Part shown: positions 9,779 to 17,632 of the stretch, piece by piece | How the letters are laid out: every line of letters begins with the position of its first letter | Position numbering within the stretch: position 1 is the first letter of the stretch | Assembly: GCA_965204925.1 (NCBI GenBank) | Contig: OZ242021.1 | Coordinates: 2,222,454-2,286,453 of the forward strand | Length of the DNA stretch: 64,000 nt | Reading direction: 5' to 3' | Source: Candidatus Poriferihabitaceae bacterium | GTDB lineage: Bacteria; Pseudomonadota; Gammaproteobacteria; Arenicellales; Poriferihabitantaceae | The notes under the pieces: generated by a model | What the model saw: only the letters and a program-made list of their open reading frames with translations | The model's database searches: none | Told to the model about the DNA's origin: nothing | Program-made: the position numbers and the translations under genes

Positions 9779-9890
9779 CGCTATAGAAAACCGGGAAGAA
9801 TCCGGCAATGACCGTAGTCGCGAATGCCGAGTTGCCCCAGTCATACAATGCCCAGGCGACTACCTTTTTGTCAGTCAGGATTGTGCGCAT
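9778..9890 (-). pseudogene. Duplicate of the first 113 bp of the MFS gene (MRTILTDKKVVAWALYDWGNSAFATTVIAGFFPVFYSA…), fused to the rpmH'/rnpA' fragment
   Basis: Matches 4815-4927 at 112 of 113 positions. The junction with the rnpA' fragment is at 9778 with about 1 nt of shared sequence. Its ATG lies 4 nt after the stop of the AAA-ATPase gene. Confidence 0.9.
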
Positions 9891-9894
9891 CCAG

Positions 9895-11460
9895 TTACCC
9901 CGTCCGCATGGCCGCAAGGTTGCGCTTGTCGCGGTCAAATACAAGGGCAAGCAGATGAATGCGTCGGTTCCCCGTGCGGTACTTGTCGGCATAGCCCTTA
10001 TCTCTTATCTGCACAAGCGCCTGTTCTGCCTTTGCTTCCACCTGCGCTTCATCCGCTACTTTCAATTCCAGTACAAATACCTGATTATCCCGTACCAATA
10101 CCATGTCGGAACGTCCCCGCCAGGTGGAGTCTTCGGGATGAACCTTGACACCCAGTGTGATAAAACAGGCATAGAGCAGGGAAGCGTAATAACCTTCGGA
10201 ATATCCTCCATCCTTGCGGCGTTGCCACTGATACGGAATACCGGCAAAGAACGCCTGCAACTCCCGCTCAAATCCCGCAAAGTCGCTGGCATCCAGCAAG
10301 GCAAGCCAAGTCTTGACGTACCGTGAGGTTTGCACCAAATCCCCGGTAACCGCCTCCAGCAACTGATTGTTCAGGCTCACCTTCACTTCATGGTTGGGAT
10401 AGTCCAGTGTGAAGGAGATTCCGGCAGGACCAGTCTCTTCATCGACAATGGTCAGATAGCCGCACTGGAATAACAGGGCGTTGAGATTGACTTTGCCGAC
10501 CTCGAATGTGGACAGGTCGCTGCGGCGCATGACCAGATTCTCAAGGTCCAGTGTATTGACCTCTCCGCTTGCCATGCGGTCATAGAGGAATGAAGGTGTG
10601 CCGGTCTCATACCACCAGGGGATGAACTCTCGTTTCTGGAGATACAGCAGGATGTCGAACGGGTTATAGACTTTCTCCTGCCCGCGCCAGTGATAGCCGT
10701 TGTACCAGTGGCGGATGTTCTCGCGCTCTTCTTCCGGTATATCTTCCAGTTCCGCGGCGAATACCGTTTCCAGGTCATTCTGGGTATAACCGCACAGCGT
10801 GGCATACTCAGGGTCCAGGCTGATGTCGTTGAGATTGTTCAGCTTCGAGAACAGACTGACCTTGGAGTACATGCTGATACCGGCAACAAAGACGAAGCGA
10901 ATGTAGCGAGCGCAGCCCTTGATCATGCCATAGAAACCGCGCAGAAAGTCGCGGTTCTCTACAGCCAGTTCCTCATTTTCCAGCACATCGAGGATCGGCT
11001 TGTCGTATTCGTCTACGAGAACGACAACCTGCTGCCCGCTCTTGTAATAAAGACGCTCTATGAGGCTGCGAAGGCGGGTCGGACCGGTATCCGCTTCTGT
11101 GTCCGGCTCAAGACCCTGGCGGTACTCTATATTCCTTAACTGCAGCATGACATCCTTTTCGAGCTCCCCTGACTCATTGTATTTGCCGTCAAAACTCAGA
11201 CGTACGACCGGATGGCTGATACTCCAGTCCCAATGTTCATGAATATGAAGTCCGCGGAACAACTCCTCGCTGCCGGCAAACAGTTCATGCAGCGTATCTA
11301 TGAGCAGGCTCTTGCCAAAACGGCGCGGGCGCGACAGGAAGTAATATCCGGGCCTTCTTGTCAAATTCCAGATATGGGGGGTTTTATCCACATAGTAAAA
11401 GTTCCACTTGCGAATGTTGCCAAACGAAGCATCGCCGATCGGTAGTTCCAGTCTGTCCAT
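9895..11460 (-). CDS. AAA-ATPase-like / PD-(D/E)XK nuclease family protein (AAA-ATPase_like + PDDEXK_9, former DUF1703 architecture)
   Basis: The N-terminus (FGNIRKWNFYYVDKTPHIWNL…GYYFLSRPRRFGKSLLIDTLHELF) is characteristic of this family. The C-terminus has a D…ExK block (GRSDMVLVRDNQVFVLELKV). Confidence 0.8.
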   Translation of the reverse strand: MDRLELPIGDASFGNIRKWNFYYVDKTPHIWNLTRRPGYYFLSRPRRFGKSLLIDTLHELFAGSEELFRGLHIHEHWDWSISHPVVRLSFDGKYNESGELEKDVMLQLRNIEYRQGLEPDTEADTGPTRLRSLIERLYYKSGQQVVVLVDEYDKPILDVLENEELAVENRDFLRGFYGMIKGCARYIRFVFVAGISMYSKVSLFSKLNNLNDISLDPEYATLCGYTQNDLETVFAAELEDIPEEERENIRHWYNGYHWRGQEKVYNPFDILLYLQKREFIPWWYETGTPSFLYDRMASGEVNTLDLENLVMRRSDLSTFEVGKVNLNALLFQCGYLTIVDEETGPAGISFTLDYPNHEVKVSLNNQLLEAVTGDLVQTSRYVKTWLALLDASDFAGFERELQAFFAGIPYQWQRRKDGGYSEGYYASLLYACFITLGVKVHPEDSTWRGRSDMVLVRDNQVFVLELKVADEAQVEAKAEQALVQIRDKGYADKYRTGNRRIHLLALVFDRDKRNLAAMRTG

Positions 11461-11814
11461 TGTCGTTTTTTGTCAGGAGAATATCTGCCGATCATAGCAC
11501 AACGCAGACCTCGCATTTCCTGTTACCGATACCCTTCCTTATACATTTACAGAACTGCACCGAAAGCGGCCAGGCGCCCCGGATTTTTAGTAGAAAAAAT
11601 TGTTGGGTTACCGGTTCTCGTGCTACTATTCGTCCCGCACACTTTGGAAGCGCCCCCTTCGGGTCGCCCGTGAAATGAAACAGCCTCTGCGCGACCTCGG
11701 CCCCTGGAACCAAGGTCCGGTGAATACGCGGGAATCCTCAGCGTTCCGCTTCCGATTGTGTGCAACCGGCCCGGCGCCAGATTGCCGGGATTGTCTCACC
11801 TATCGGAAGCATCT

Positions 11815-12205
11815 ATGCTAAAGAACTCACTTGTCTTTGTCGGCGCTCTGGCATCCTTAATCCTTTCCGGCTGTGCAACGATTACCCAGGGCACGGATGA
11901 CAATATCCGTCATGCGCATAGGGACAGAAAGCTCCGGGCTGACGATTGAACAGCCGTTGCGGGCCGAGTCGGGCAGTGGAACATTTCGCGTCGAAAACGG
12001 CTGGATAGAGAACGGCACAAGGCTTTATGACCAGTACCGTATTCCATTGCGCCCCGATGCGCGGGAACTGCGTCTTGCCTTGCGTCATGAACGGCAGGTT
12101 GCCGGCGGCGGTATCGCTGTCGAGGCCAGCCATGCCATGAATGCCGGCTATGTGTCCGGAGAATCGGAGACCGGCATCGGCGTGGCGTACCGCATGACAT
12201 GGTAG
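11815..12205 (+). pseudogene. Possible lipoprotein gene interrupted by a frameshift near 11900
   Basis: MLKNSLVFVGALASLILSGC has a signal peptide and lipobox, and this frame stops at 11949. A 110-aa ORF continues in another frame to 12205. The reading is compatible with a 1-nt indel but is unproven. Confidence 0.3.
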
Positions 12206-12489
12206 CGCGGTATCGCATTTCCTGCTTTGCGCTGGCGTCCGTGGTCGCGTTCGGCGCCGCCTGCCGGGGGGCGCATGAAACACATAGTGTGTCCGTTCCG
12301 GCAGATGCCCTTGTCGAAGATGGCGTTGTCTACACTCCTGTGGCCCGCGGCCCGCAGGGATGTGTACTTTACAACTTCGAGATTCCCGGCGGCTATGCTC
12401 CCGCCGCCCTTGTGTACCGGAGCGTTGAAGGCGAATTCAGCTATGATCGCCCGGACCGATGTGTGCAGAGTCCGGAGACCCGGCCATAG
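12199..12489 (+). CDS. Hypothetical small secreted or lipoprotein
   Basis: 96-aa ORF with an N-terminal hydrophobic signal-like segment (CFALASVVAFGAAC). No recognised family. Confidence 0.3.
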   Translation: MVARYRISCFALASVVAFGAACRGAHETHSVSVPADALVEDGVVYTPVARGPQGCVLYNFEIPGGYAPAALVYRSVEGEFSYDRPDRCVQSPETRP

Positions 12490-12502
12490 CCGTTGTTTTC
12501 TC

Positions 12503-12531
12503 TTGAATTTCGCGGGCAAACCGGGTAAATT
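12503..12531 (+). promoter_or_regulatory. Candidate rpmH promoter (TTGAAT-N17-TAAATT)
   Basis: ttgaat at 12503-12508 and taaatt at 12526-12531, about 35 nt upstream of the rpmH ATG. Confidence 0.35.
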
Positions 12532-12564
12532 GTGCGACCCTTCTGATCGATACCGAACAAAGAT

Positions 12565-12699
12565 ATGAAACGTACATTTCAACCCAGCGAAGTGAAGCGC
12601 AAGAGAACCCACGGGTTTCGTGAACGTATGCGTACCCGCGGGGGGCGCGCGATTATCAATGCACGCCGAGCCAGGGGGCGCGTCCGTTTAAGCGCTTGA
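12565..12699 (+). CDS. rpmH: 50S ribosomal protein L34
   Basis: My own translation gives [44 protein letters not shown] (44 aa), a classic L34 sequence. It is below the ORF-track size cutoff. Confidence 0.95.
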   Translation: MKRTFQPSEVKRKRTHGFRERMRTRGGRAIINARRARGRVRLSA

Positions 12700-12711
12700 C
12701 GAAATTGAGTC

Positions 12712-13101
12712 ATGTCGCCGCTCGCGGCTGGCCTCGGACGACATCAAAAATTGTTGAACGGCGCTCAGTTCAGGGCGGTTTTCAAGCGGAGGATTTCAGT
12801 TCGCGGCCGGTATTTCGTCCTGCATGTCGCCAGCAATGCGCTTTTGCACGCCAGGTTGGGGCTGTCCGTTTCCAGACGGGTCAGCAAAAAAGCGATTGAA
12901 CGCAACCGTATAAAGAGACAGATCAGGGAATCGTTCCGGACCAATCAGTGGATGCTGTCGTTCGCAGATCGTTCGACCGATTGCGTGGTTGTGTCCAGGG
13001 CAGGCGGCGTTGAACAACCCAATCGGATACTGAAGAAAGACCTGGACAGTTTGTGGACCAGAGCGAGGCGAAAATGCGAGAGTTGCCAGGGAAAATCGTG
13101 A
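12712..13101 (+). CDS. rnpA: Ribonuclease P protein component
   Basis: 129 aa immediately after rpmH, with an RnpA-like basic sequence (…FVLHVASN…LGLSVSRRVSKKAIERNRIKRQIRESFR…). Confidence 0.9.
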   Translation: MSPLAAGLGRHQKLLNGAQFRAVFKRRISVRGRYFVLHVASNALLHARLGLSVSRRVSKKAIERNRIKRQIRESFRTNQWMLSFADRSTDCVVVSRAGGVEQPNRILKKDLDSLWTRARRKCESCQGKS

Positions 13102-13358
13102 TTGTCCTGATTCGGATTTACCGGGTGGGGGTCAGCCCGTTTCTGCGGCAAAATTGCCGGTTCCAGCCAAGCTGTTCAGGATATGCGATCGAAGCGATTG
13201 AGCGGCATGGCATCATTTATGGCGGCTGGCTTGCGTTAAGACGGATCGGGCGTTGCCATCCCTGGCATGAGGGGGGGCGCGACCCGGTTCCGGAGAGCCG
13301 ACCGCGCTGCGCCGGATCGATAGTGGACGAGTTCTCCCCAAGAGGCCCAAGAGTTTAA
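13074..13358 (+). CDS. yidD: Membrane protein insertion efficiency factor YidD
   Basis: YidD signature (LIRIYRVGVSPFLRQNCRFQPSCSGYAIEAIERHG…RIGRCHPWHEGGRDPVP). The ATG at 13074 is preferred; a GTG at 13053 is also possible. Confidence 0.85.
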   Translation: MRELPGKIVIVLIRIYRVGVSPFLRQNCRFQPSCSGYAIEAIERHGIIYGGWLALRRIGRCHPWHEGGRDPVPESRPRCAGSIVDEFSPRGPRV

Positions 13359-13362
13359 TAGC

Positions 13363-15066
13363 ATGCCGTTTCAAAAAATGATGCTGTTCGCGGCGCTTGG
13401 CCTGGTTCTGGTCATGATCTGGCAGTCCTGGGTGGAATTCCAGCGAGAAAGGTTGGCGGGAGACGCTCCGGCTACAGAGCGGGGCGAGGGCGCGGGCCGC
13501 GTTGACCGTATCCATTTGAATGAGGATGTTCCGGAAGCCCCCGAGATAACGACCCGTATCAATAATGCCGGAGTGGATGTTCTGGATGAAGGGGGCGGCG
13601 CAGTTGCACAGACGGAGGTTAACGATGGTCGTATTATTCATGTCACGACAGACCTCGTCAAGGCGCAAATCGATACGCGGGGCGGGGATCTGGTGCGGGT
13701 GGAATTGCTCAGGCATCCGGTCAGTGTGGATACGCCCGATATTCCGTTTGTGCTGATGCACAGGAATAATCCGAACCTGTTTGTCGCGCAAAGCGGGCTG
13801 ATTGGACAAGACCGCGAGTATCCCAATCATAATGTCGAGTTTTCCGCGCCGCAGTTCGAGTACCGGTTGGGAGATGACCGCAATCTGGATGTGGTATTGA
13901 ACTGGAGCGCCGCGGACGGGGTGGATTATGCCAGGATATATCGTTTCCAGAGGGACAGCTATCGCATAGGGATTGACTTTCGTATTACCAACAACAGTGA
14001 TCGGCCATGGACGGGCTTCGTCTATGGGCAGTTGAAGCAAACCGAAATCGAGCAGGAAGGGTCACTGGGCTTCCTGGGACGAATCCCGAGTTACAACGGG
14101 GCGGCGATTTATACGGAAGAGGACAAGTACGAAAAAATTGATTATGGCGAGATTCAGGACGGCCCGTTGAACAAGACCACGGCGGATGGATGGGTGGCGA
14201 TGTTGCAGCATTATTTTGTAGCTGCCTGGCTGCCGATGGAGTCCGATTATTACCAGTTGTACTCGGGCGTAAACAACAAGACGCCGAAGCCCGAGTATCG
14301 CATTGGCTACAAGACAACCCGGCCGTTGGTGGTGCCGCCCGGTCAGACCGGGGTAATTCCGACCGCGCTGTTTGTCGGGCCGAAAGAGCAGGCGCGTCTT
14401 GACCGGCAGAACAAGACCGGATTGAAGCTGACCGTCGACTACGGCTGGTTAACCCCGCTCGCCAATCCCCTGTTCTGGTTGCTGAGCAAGATATACGGGG
14501 TAACCCTGAACTGGGGATGGGCTATTATCCTGCTGACCGTTCTGGTCAAGGCGGTTTTCTATCCTCTGTCAGCGGCCAGTTACAAGTCGATGGCGAAGAT
14601 GAAAAAACTTCAGCCGAGAATGGTGACATTGAAGGAGCGGTACAGCGGGGACAAGCAAAAGTTTCAGCAGGAGATGATGAAACTCTACAAGCAGGAAAAA
14701 GTGAATCCGGCGGGCGGCTGTTTGCCCATACTCGTGCAGATCCCGGTATTCATCGCGTTGTACTGGACGCTGCTGGAGAGTGTAGAGTTGCGCCAGGCCA
14801 GTTTCATGTGGTGGCTGAACGACCTTTCGCTGCCCGATCCGTACTTTGTGTTACCGATCATCATGGGGCTTTCCATGCTGGCCCAACACTTCCTCAATCC
14901 TGCCCCGGTCGACCCGATCCAGAAAAAGATCATGCTGGCGCTGCCTTTCGTATTTACTGTATTCTTCCTGTGGTTCCCGGCCGGCCTCGTTCTTTACTGG
15001 GTGGTCAATAACCTGCTTTCCATTGCACAGCAATACTATATTACGCGCAAGTACCAGAGTGTCTGA
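13363..15066 (+). CDS. yidC: Membrane protein insertase YidC
   Basis: 567 aa with a large periplasmic domain and the conserved C-terminal TM core (…WGWAIILLTVLVKAVFYPLSAASYKSMAKMKKLQPRM…). Confidence 0.95.
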   Translation: MPFQKMMLFAALGLVLVMIWQSWVEFQRERLAGDAPATERGEGAGRVDRIHLNEDVPEAPEITTRINNAGVDVLDEGGGAVAQTEVNDGRIIHVTTDLVKAQIDTRGGDLVRVELLRHPVSVDTPDIPFVLMHRNNPNLFVAQSGLIGQDREYPNHNVEFSAPQFEYRLGDDRNLDVVLNWSAADGVDYARIYRFQRDSYRIGIDFRITNNSDRPWTGFVYGQLKQTEIEQEGSLGFLGRIPSYNGAAIYTEEDKYEKIDYGEIQDGPLNKTTADGWVAMLQHYFVAAWLPMESDYYQLYSGVNNKTPKPEYRIGYKTTRPLVVPPGQTGVIPTALFVGPKEQARLDRQNKTGLKLTVDYGWLTPLANPLFWLLSKIYGVTLNWGWAIILLTVLVKAVFYPLSAASYKSMAKMKKLQPRMVTLKERYSGDKQKFQQEMMKLYKQEKVNPAGGCLPILVQIPVFIALYWTLLESVELRQASFMWWLNDLSLPDPYFVLPIIMGLSMLAQHFLNPAPVDPIQKKIMLALPFVFTVFFLWFPAGLVLYWVVNNLLSIAQQYYITRKYQSV

Positions 15067-15106
15067 TCCAGGGGCATGCCCTGAGCCGGAGCCGGAATAC
15101 GCGGTT

Positions 15107-16453
15107 TTGCCTGTTTCTGCAAGCGCCGATACCATTGTCGCTGTTGCCACTCCGCCCGGTCGCGGAGGCATCAGTATTGTTCGTCTGTCGGGGCCGGATG
15201 TTCCCCGTATCGCCAGGCGGCTGGTCGGTATGTGTCCCGCTCCCCGTCATGCCTGTCATACCGATTTCCTGGATCGCGATGGTCTGGCTATTGACAATGG
15301 AATTGTCTTGTATTTTCCGGCCCCGTACAGCTTCACCGGGGAATCGACGCTCGAACTCCAGGCCCATGGCAGTCCTGTGGTGATGCAAATGCTGTTGCAG
15401 AGTTGTCTCGCGTCGGGCGCCAGACTGGCCCAGCCCGGCGAATTCTGCAAACGCGCCTTCCTGAACGGGCGGCTGGATTTGGCCCAGGCGGAGGCGGTTG
15501 CGGATTTGATCGACAGCAGTACACAAGCTGCGGCCAGGTCCGCGCTCAATTCACTGAAGGGCGGCTTTTCGAGGCGGATTCATGAACTGGTGGAGGAGGT
15601 GACCCGCCTGCGGGTTTTTGTCGAAGCGGCCATTGATTTTCCAGACGAGGAGACAGACTTTCTCGAAGACGGCAACGTTGTTGGGCAGCTTGAGCGTTTG
15701 TCGTCGTTGTTCGCATCATTGAAAAGCTCCGGCAAACGGGGAATGCTGTTGCGGGAGGGACTGAAAGTGGTGTTGACCGGTTTGCCGAACGCCGGAAAAT
15801 CAAGCCTGCTCAACTATTTGTGCAATGAACAGCGGGCGATTGTCAGCGCCATTCCCGGCACCACACGGGACGTGCTGGAGCAATTTGTCGATATCGACGG
15901 ACTGCCTGTTGAAATCGTCGATACAGCCGGAATCAGGCCGGCCACCAACGAAATCGAAGCGGAAGGAGTGCGCCGGGCGAAACAACAGCAGAGCCGCGCC
16001 GGGCTCGTGCTTTTAGTGGTTGATGATACGGAAACTTCCGATGCCGGGGCGAATTGCCTCTTGAATGATCCGGATACAGCGGCTCCGGTCTTGCTGGTAC
16101 GAAACAAAATCGATCTGACCGGCCGCCCCGCGCGAGCGATTGAAAACGAGGTATGGGTGTCCGCGCTCACCGGTCAGGGGATTGACATTCTGAAGGAAAA
16201 AATCAGGGACATTGCCGGCTTCCGTGAGGCTGACGATAGTCATTTCCTCGCCAGGGAAAGACATCTTGAGGCGCTGGAGCGGGCCGAGAGGTTCCTGCTC
16301 CATGGACTGGAGCAGCAGAAAACATTCCGCGCCGGTGAGTTGCTTGCTGAAGATTTGCATTGTTGTCAGCGCGCATTGTCCGCGATCACGGGCGAAATCA
16401 GCAGTGATGATCTGCTTGGAATGATCTTCAGTACATTTTGTATCGGCAAGTGA
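15107..16453 (+). CDS. mnmE: tRNA modification GTPase MnmE
   Basis: DTIVAVATPPGRGGISIVRLSG N-terminus, G-domain motifs (GLPNAGKSSLLN, DTAG) and the C-terminal FCIGK. There is no in-frame ATG after the yidC stop, so the start is placed at the TTG at 15107. A GTG at 15059 overlapping yidC is the alternative. Confidence 0.9.
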   Translation: MPVSASADTIVAVATPPGRGGISIVRLSGPDVPRIARRLVGMCPAPRHACHTDFLDRDGLAIDNGIVLYFPAPYSFTGESTLELQAHGSPVVMQMLLQSCLASGARLAQPGEFCKRAFLNGRLDLAQAEAVADLIDSSTQAAARSALNSLKGGFSRRIHELVEEVTRLRVFVEAAIDFPDEETDFLEDGNVVGQLERLSSLFASLKSSGKRGMLLREGLKVVLTGLPNAGKSSLLNYLCNEQRAIVSAIPGTTRDVLEQFVDIDGLPVEIVDTAGIRPATNEIEAEGVRRAKQQQSRAGLVLLVVDDTETSDAGANCLLNDPDTAAPVLLVRNKIDLTGRPARAIENEVWVSALTGQGIDILKEKIRDIAGFREADDSHFLARERHLEALERAERFLLHGLEQQKTFRAGELLAEDLHCCQRALSAITGEISSDDLLGMIFSTFCIGK

Positions 16454-16602
16454 CGATGCGCATGGCTGCCCGGCGGCGATAATGTTTCCATGCGCGGAAA
16501 ATAATTACTTGTATAATCCAGTATATAATATGGTGAAATTCTGGCAACGGCGCCATCGCATGGGCAATCCGGGGCTGACGCGAATGAACCGGGAAAAATA
16601 GA

Positions 16603-17619
16603 ATGATTGAAGCGACCCCACATAACTACACCCGAAGTATTTTGTTGCAAATACTGATTGTTCTGGTAATTTTGACCCTTGCGGCGGTTTGGCAGAGAGA
16701 TATTATCACGCAGATTTATTTCCACAATCAGGTCAATGCAGTAGGCTGGCTGGTCAACGGCGGTATCTTGTTGCTGTTTGTTTGTGGTCTGTTTGAGCTG
16801 ATTAAACGCTTCCTGGAATACCGCACCCAGGAGCAGGCGATCAACCGCTTGCAGTCCAACATTGGCGCAGACCGTGAGCCATTGCTCGGGATTCCCCGAA
16901 AGCTGATGATCTCCGAACGCTTTCTGACCCTCCAGTCACTCAGCCATCGACGTGAGGCGGTCAATCAGAACGCTCTGGCCGCTACTTTGCTGGCTTCGGA
17001 GTCCAGCCGCAACAGCTTTTTGAAATTTGTCCATAATGTACTGATTCTGACCGGAGTATTCGGAACAATTGTCTCCCTGTCGATTTCGTTGCTGGGTGCC
17101 TCCGATATTTTGCAGAGCAGCGGACAGATCAATATTCTTCCGGGCGGCGACCAGGAAAGCGCGAAAGGACTGGGCACGATGATTTTCGGTATGTCGACCG
17201 CGTTGTCGACGACGTTGACAGCAATCCTTGCTTACCTGTTTTTTGGTTATTTCTATATCAAGCTGACCGATACCCAGACTTTCCTGATCAGTAAGGTCGA
17301 AGAAGTGACGGCGACCACTCTGATGCCCTGGCTCCAGAGCAGCCAAAAAGTGGACGCGCTGGATTTTTCCGATATTCAGTCTGCCGGCGAATTGGTTGAG
17401 AGGCTTGGGCAAGCGCAGGAGCGGATAACGCAGAAACTGACGGAATTACTGGAATCCCGGGCGCTGGAAGATAAGGGCAACCAGGATATGCTGACCCTGA
17501 TTCGTGAAATGATTGAAGTGCAGATGTCCACGACTAACCAGAATAATGAAAATCTGAATGAGGTTGTAACCCTGTTGCAACGAGGATTCCGCTTGCGCCC
17601 CGGTGGTCTGGAACCCTAG
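16603..17619 (+). CDS. MotA/TolQ/ExbB-like proton-channel family membrane protein with a ~110-aa C-terminal helical tail
   Basis: 4 predicted TM segments. The TM3-TM4 region resembles the MotA_ExbB core (…VLILTGVFGTIVSLSISL… and …GTMIFGMSTALSTTLTAILAYLFFGYFY…, compare TolQ GLFGTVWGI / AEALIATAIGLFAAIPA). An AT-rich upstream region has two TATAAT hexamers (16512-16517, 16524-16529). Confidence 0.6.
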   Translation: MIEATPHNYTRSILLQILIVLVILTLAAVWQRDIITQIYFHNQVNAVGWLVNGGILLLFVCGLFELIKRFLEYRTQEQAINRLQSNIGADREPLLGIPRKLMISERFLTLQSLSHRREAVNQNALAATLLASESSRNSFLKFVHNVLILTGVFGTIVSLSISLLGASDILQSSGQINILPGGDQESAKGLGTMIFGMSTALSTTLTAILAYLFFGYFYIKLTDTQTFLISKVEEVTATTLMPWLQSSQKVDALDFSDIQSAGELVERLGQAQERITQKLTELLESRALEDKGNQDMLTLIREMIEVQMSTTNQNNENLNEVVTLLQRGFRLRPGGLEP

Positions 17620-17632
17620 CGCGGACTGTATA

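Noticed and set aside
9558-9992. 144-aa ORF (MFS N-terminus fused to other sequence) as a real gene
   Set aside because: It is the chimeric product of the duplicated MFS 5' fragment read into the antisense of the rpmH'/rnpA' fragment. It is best treated as a recombination scar.
11393-11401. DnaA box (ttatccaca), and the AT-rich 16453-16603 region, as oriC
   Set aside because: There is a single box inside a CDS and no cluster of boxes or 13-mer-like AT repeats. The AT-rich stretch is better explained as a promoter region for the stator-like operon.
4928-11460. Calling the island a prophage, ICE or transposon
   Set aside because: No integrase, transposase, terminal inverted repeats, tRNA attachment site or phage structural genes are visible. 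The flanking repeats are copies of local core genes.
11640-11760. Possible riboswitch or structured RNA upstream of the lipoprotein gene (ggaagcg at 11646-11652 can pair with cgcttcc at 11747-11753, with nested hairpins and a faint resemblance to ykkC/guanidine-like GGUCCG…GGGA)
   Set aside because: I could not match it to any riboswitch consensus by eye, the pairings are short with alternatives, and the downstream gene is not a typical regulon member. It needs Rfam/Infernal before any claim.
13213-14040. Large ORFs antisense to well-supported genes (e.g. 13213-14040 vs yidC, 22105-23115 vs the DMGDH-like gene, 27254-28123 vs CNNM, 40102-41247 vs prc, 47306-48007 vs fadB-like, 57934-58773 and 58792-59772 vs sdhA, 61676-62254 vs RND)
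   Set aside because: The opposite strand encodes proteins with unmistakable family signatures. These are the GC-rich shadow ORFs typical of high-GC DNA.
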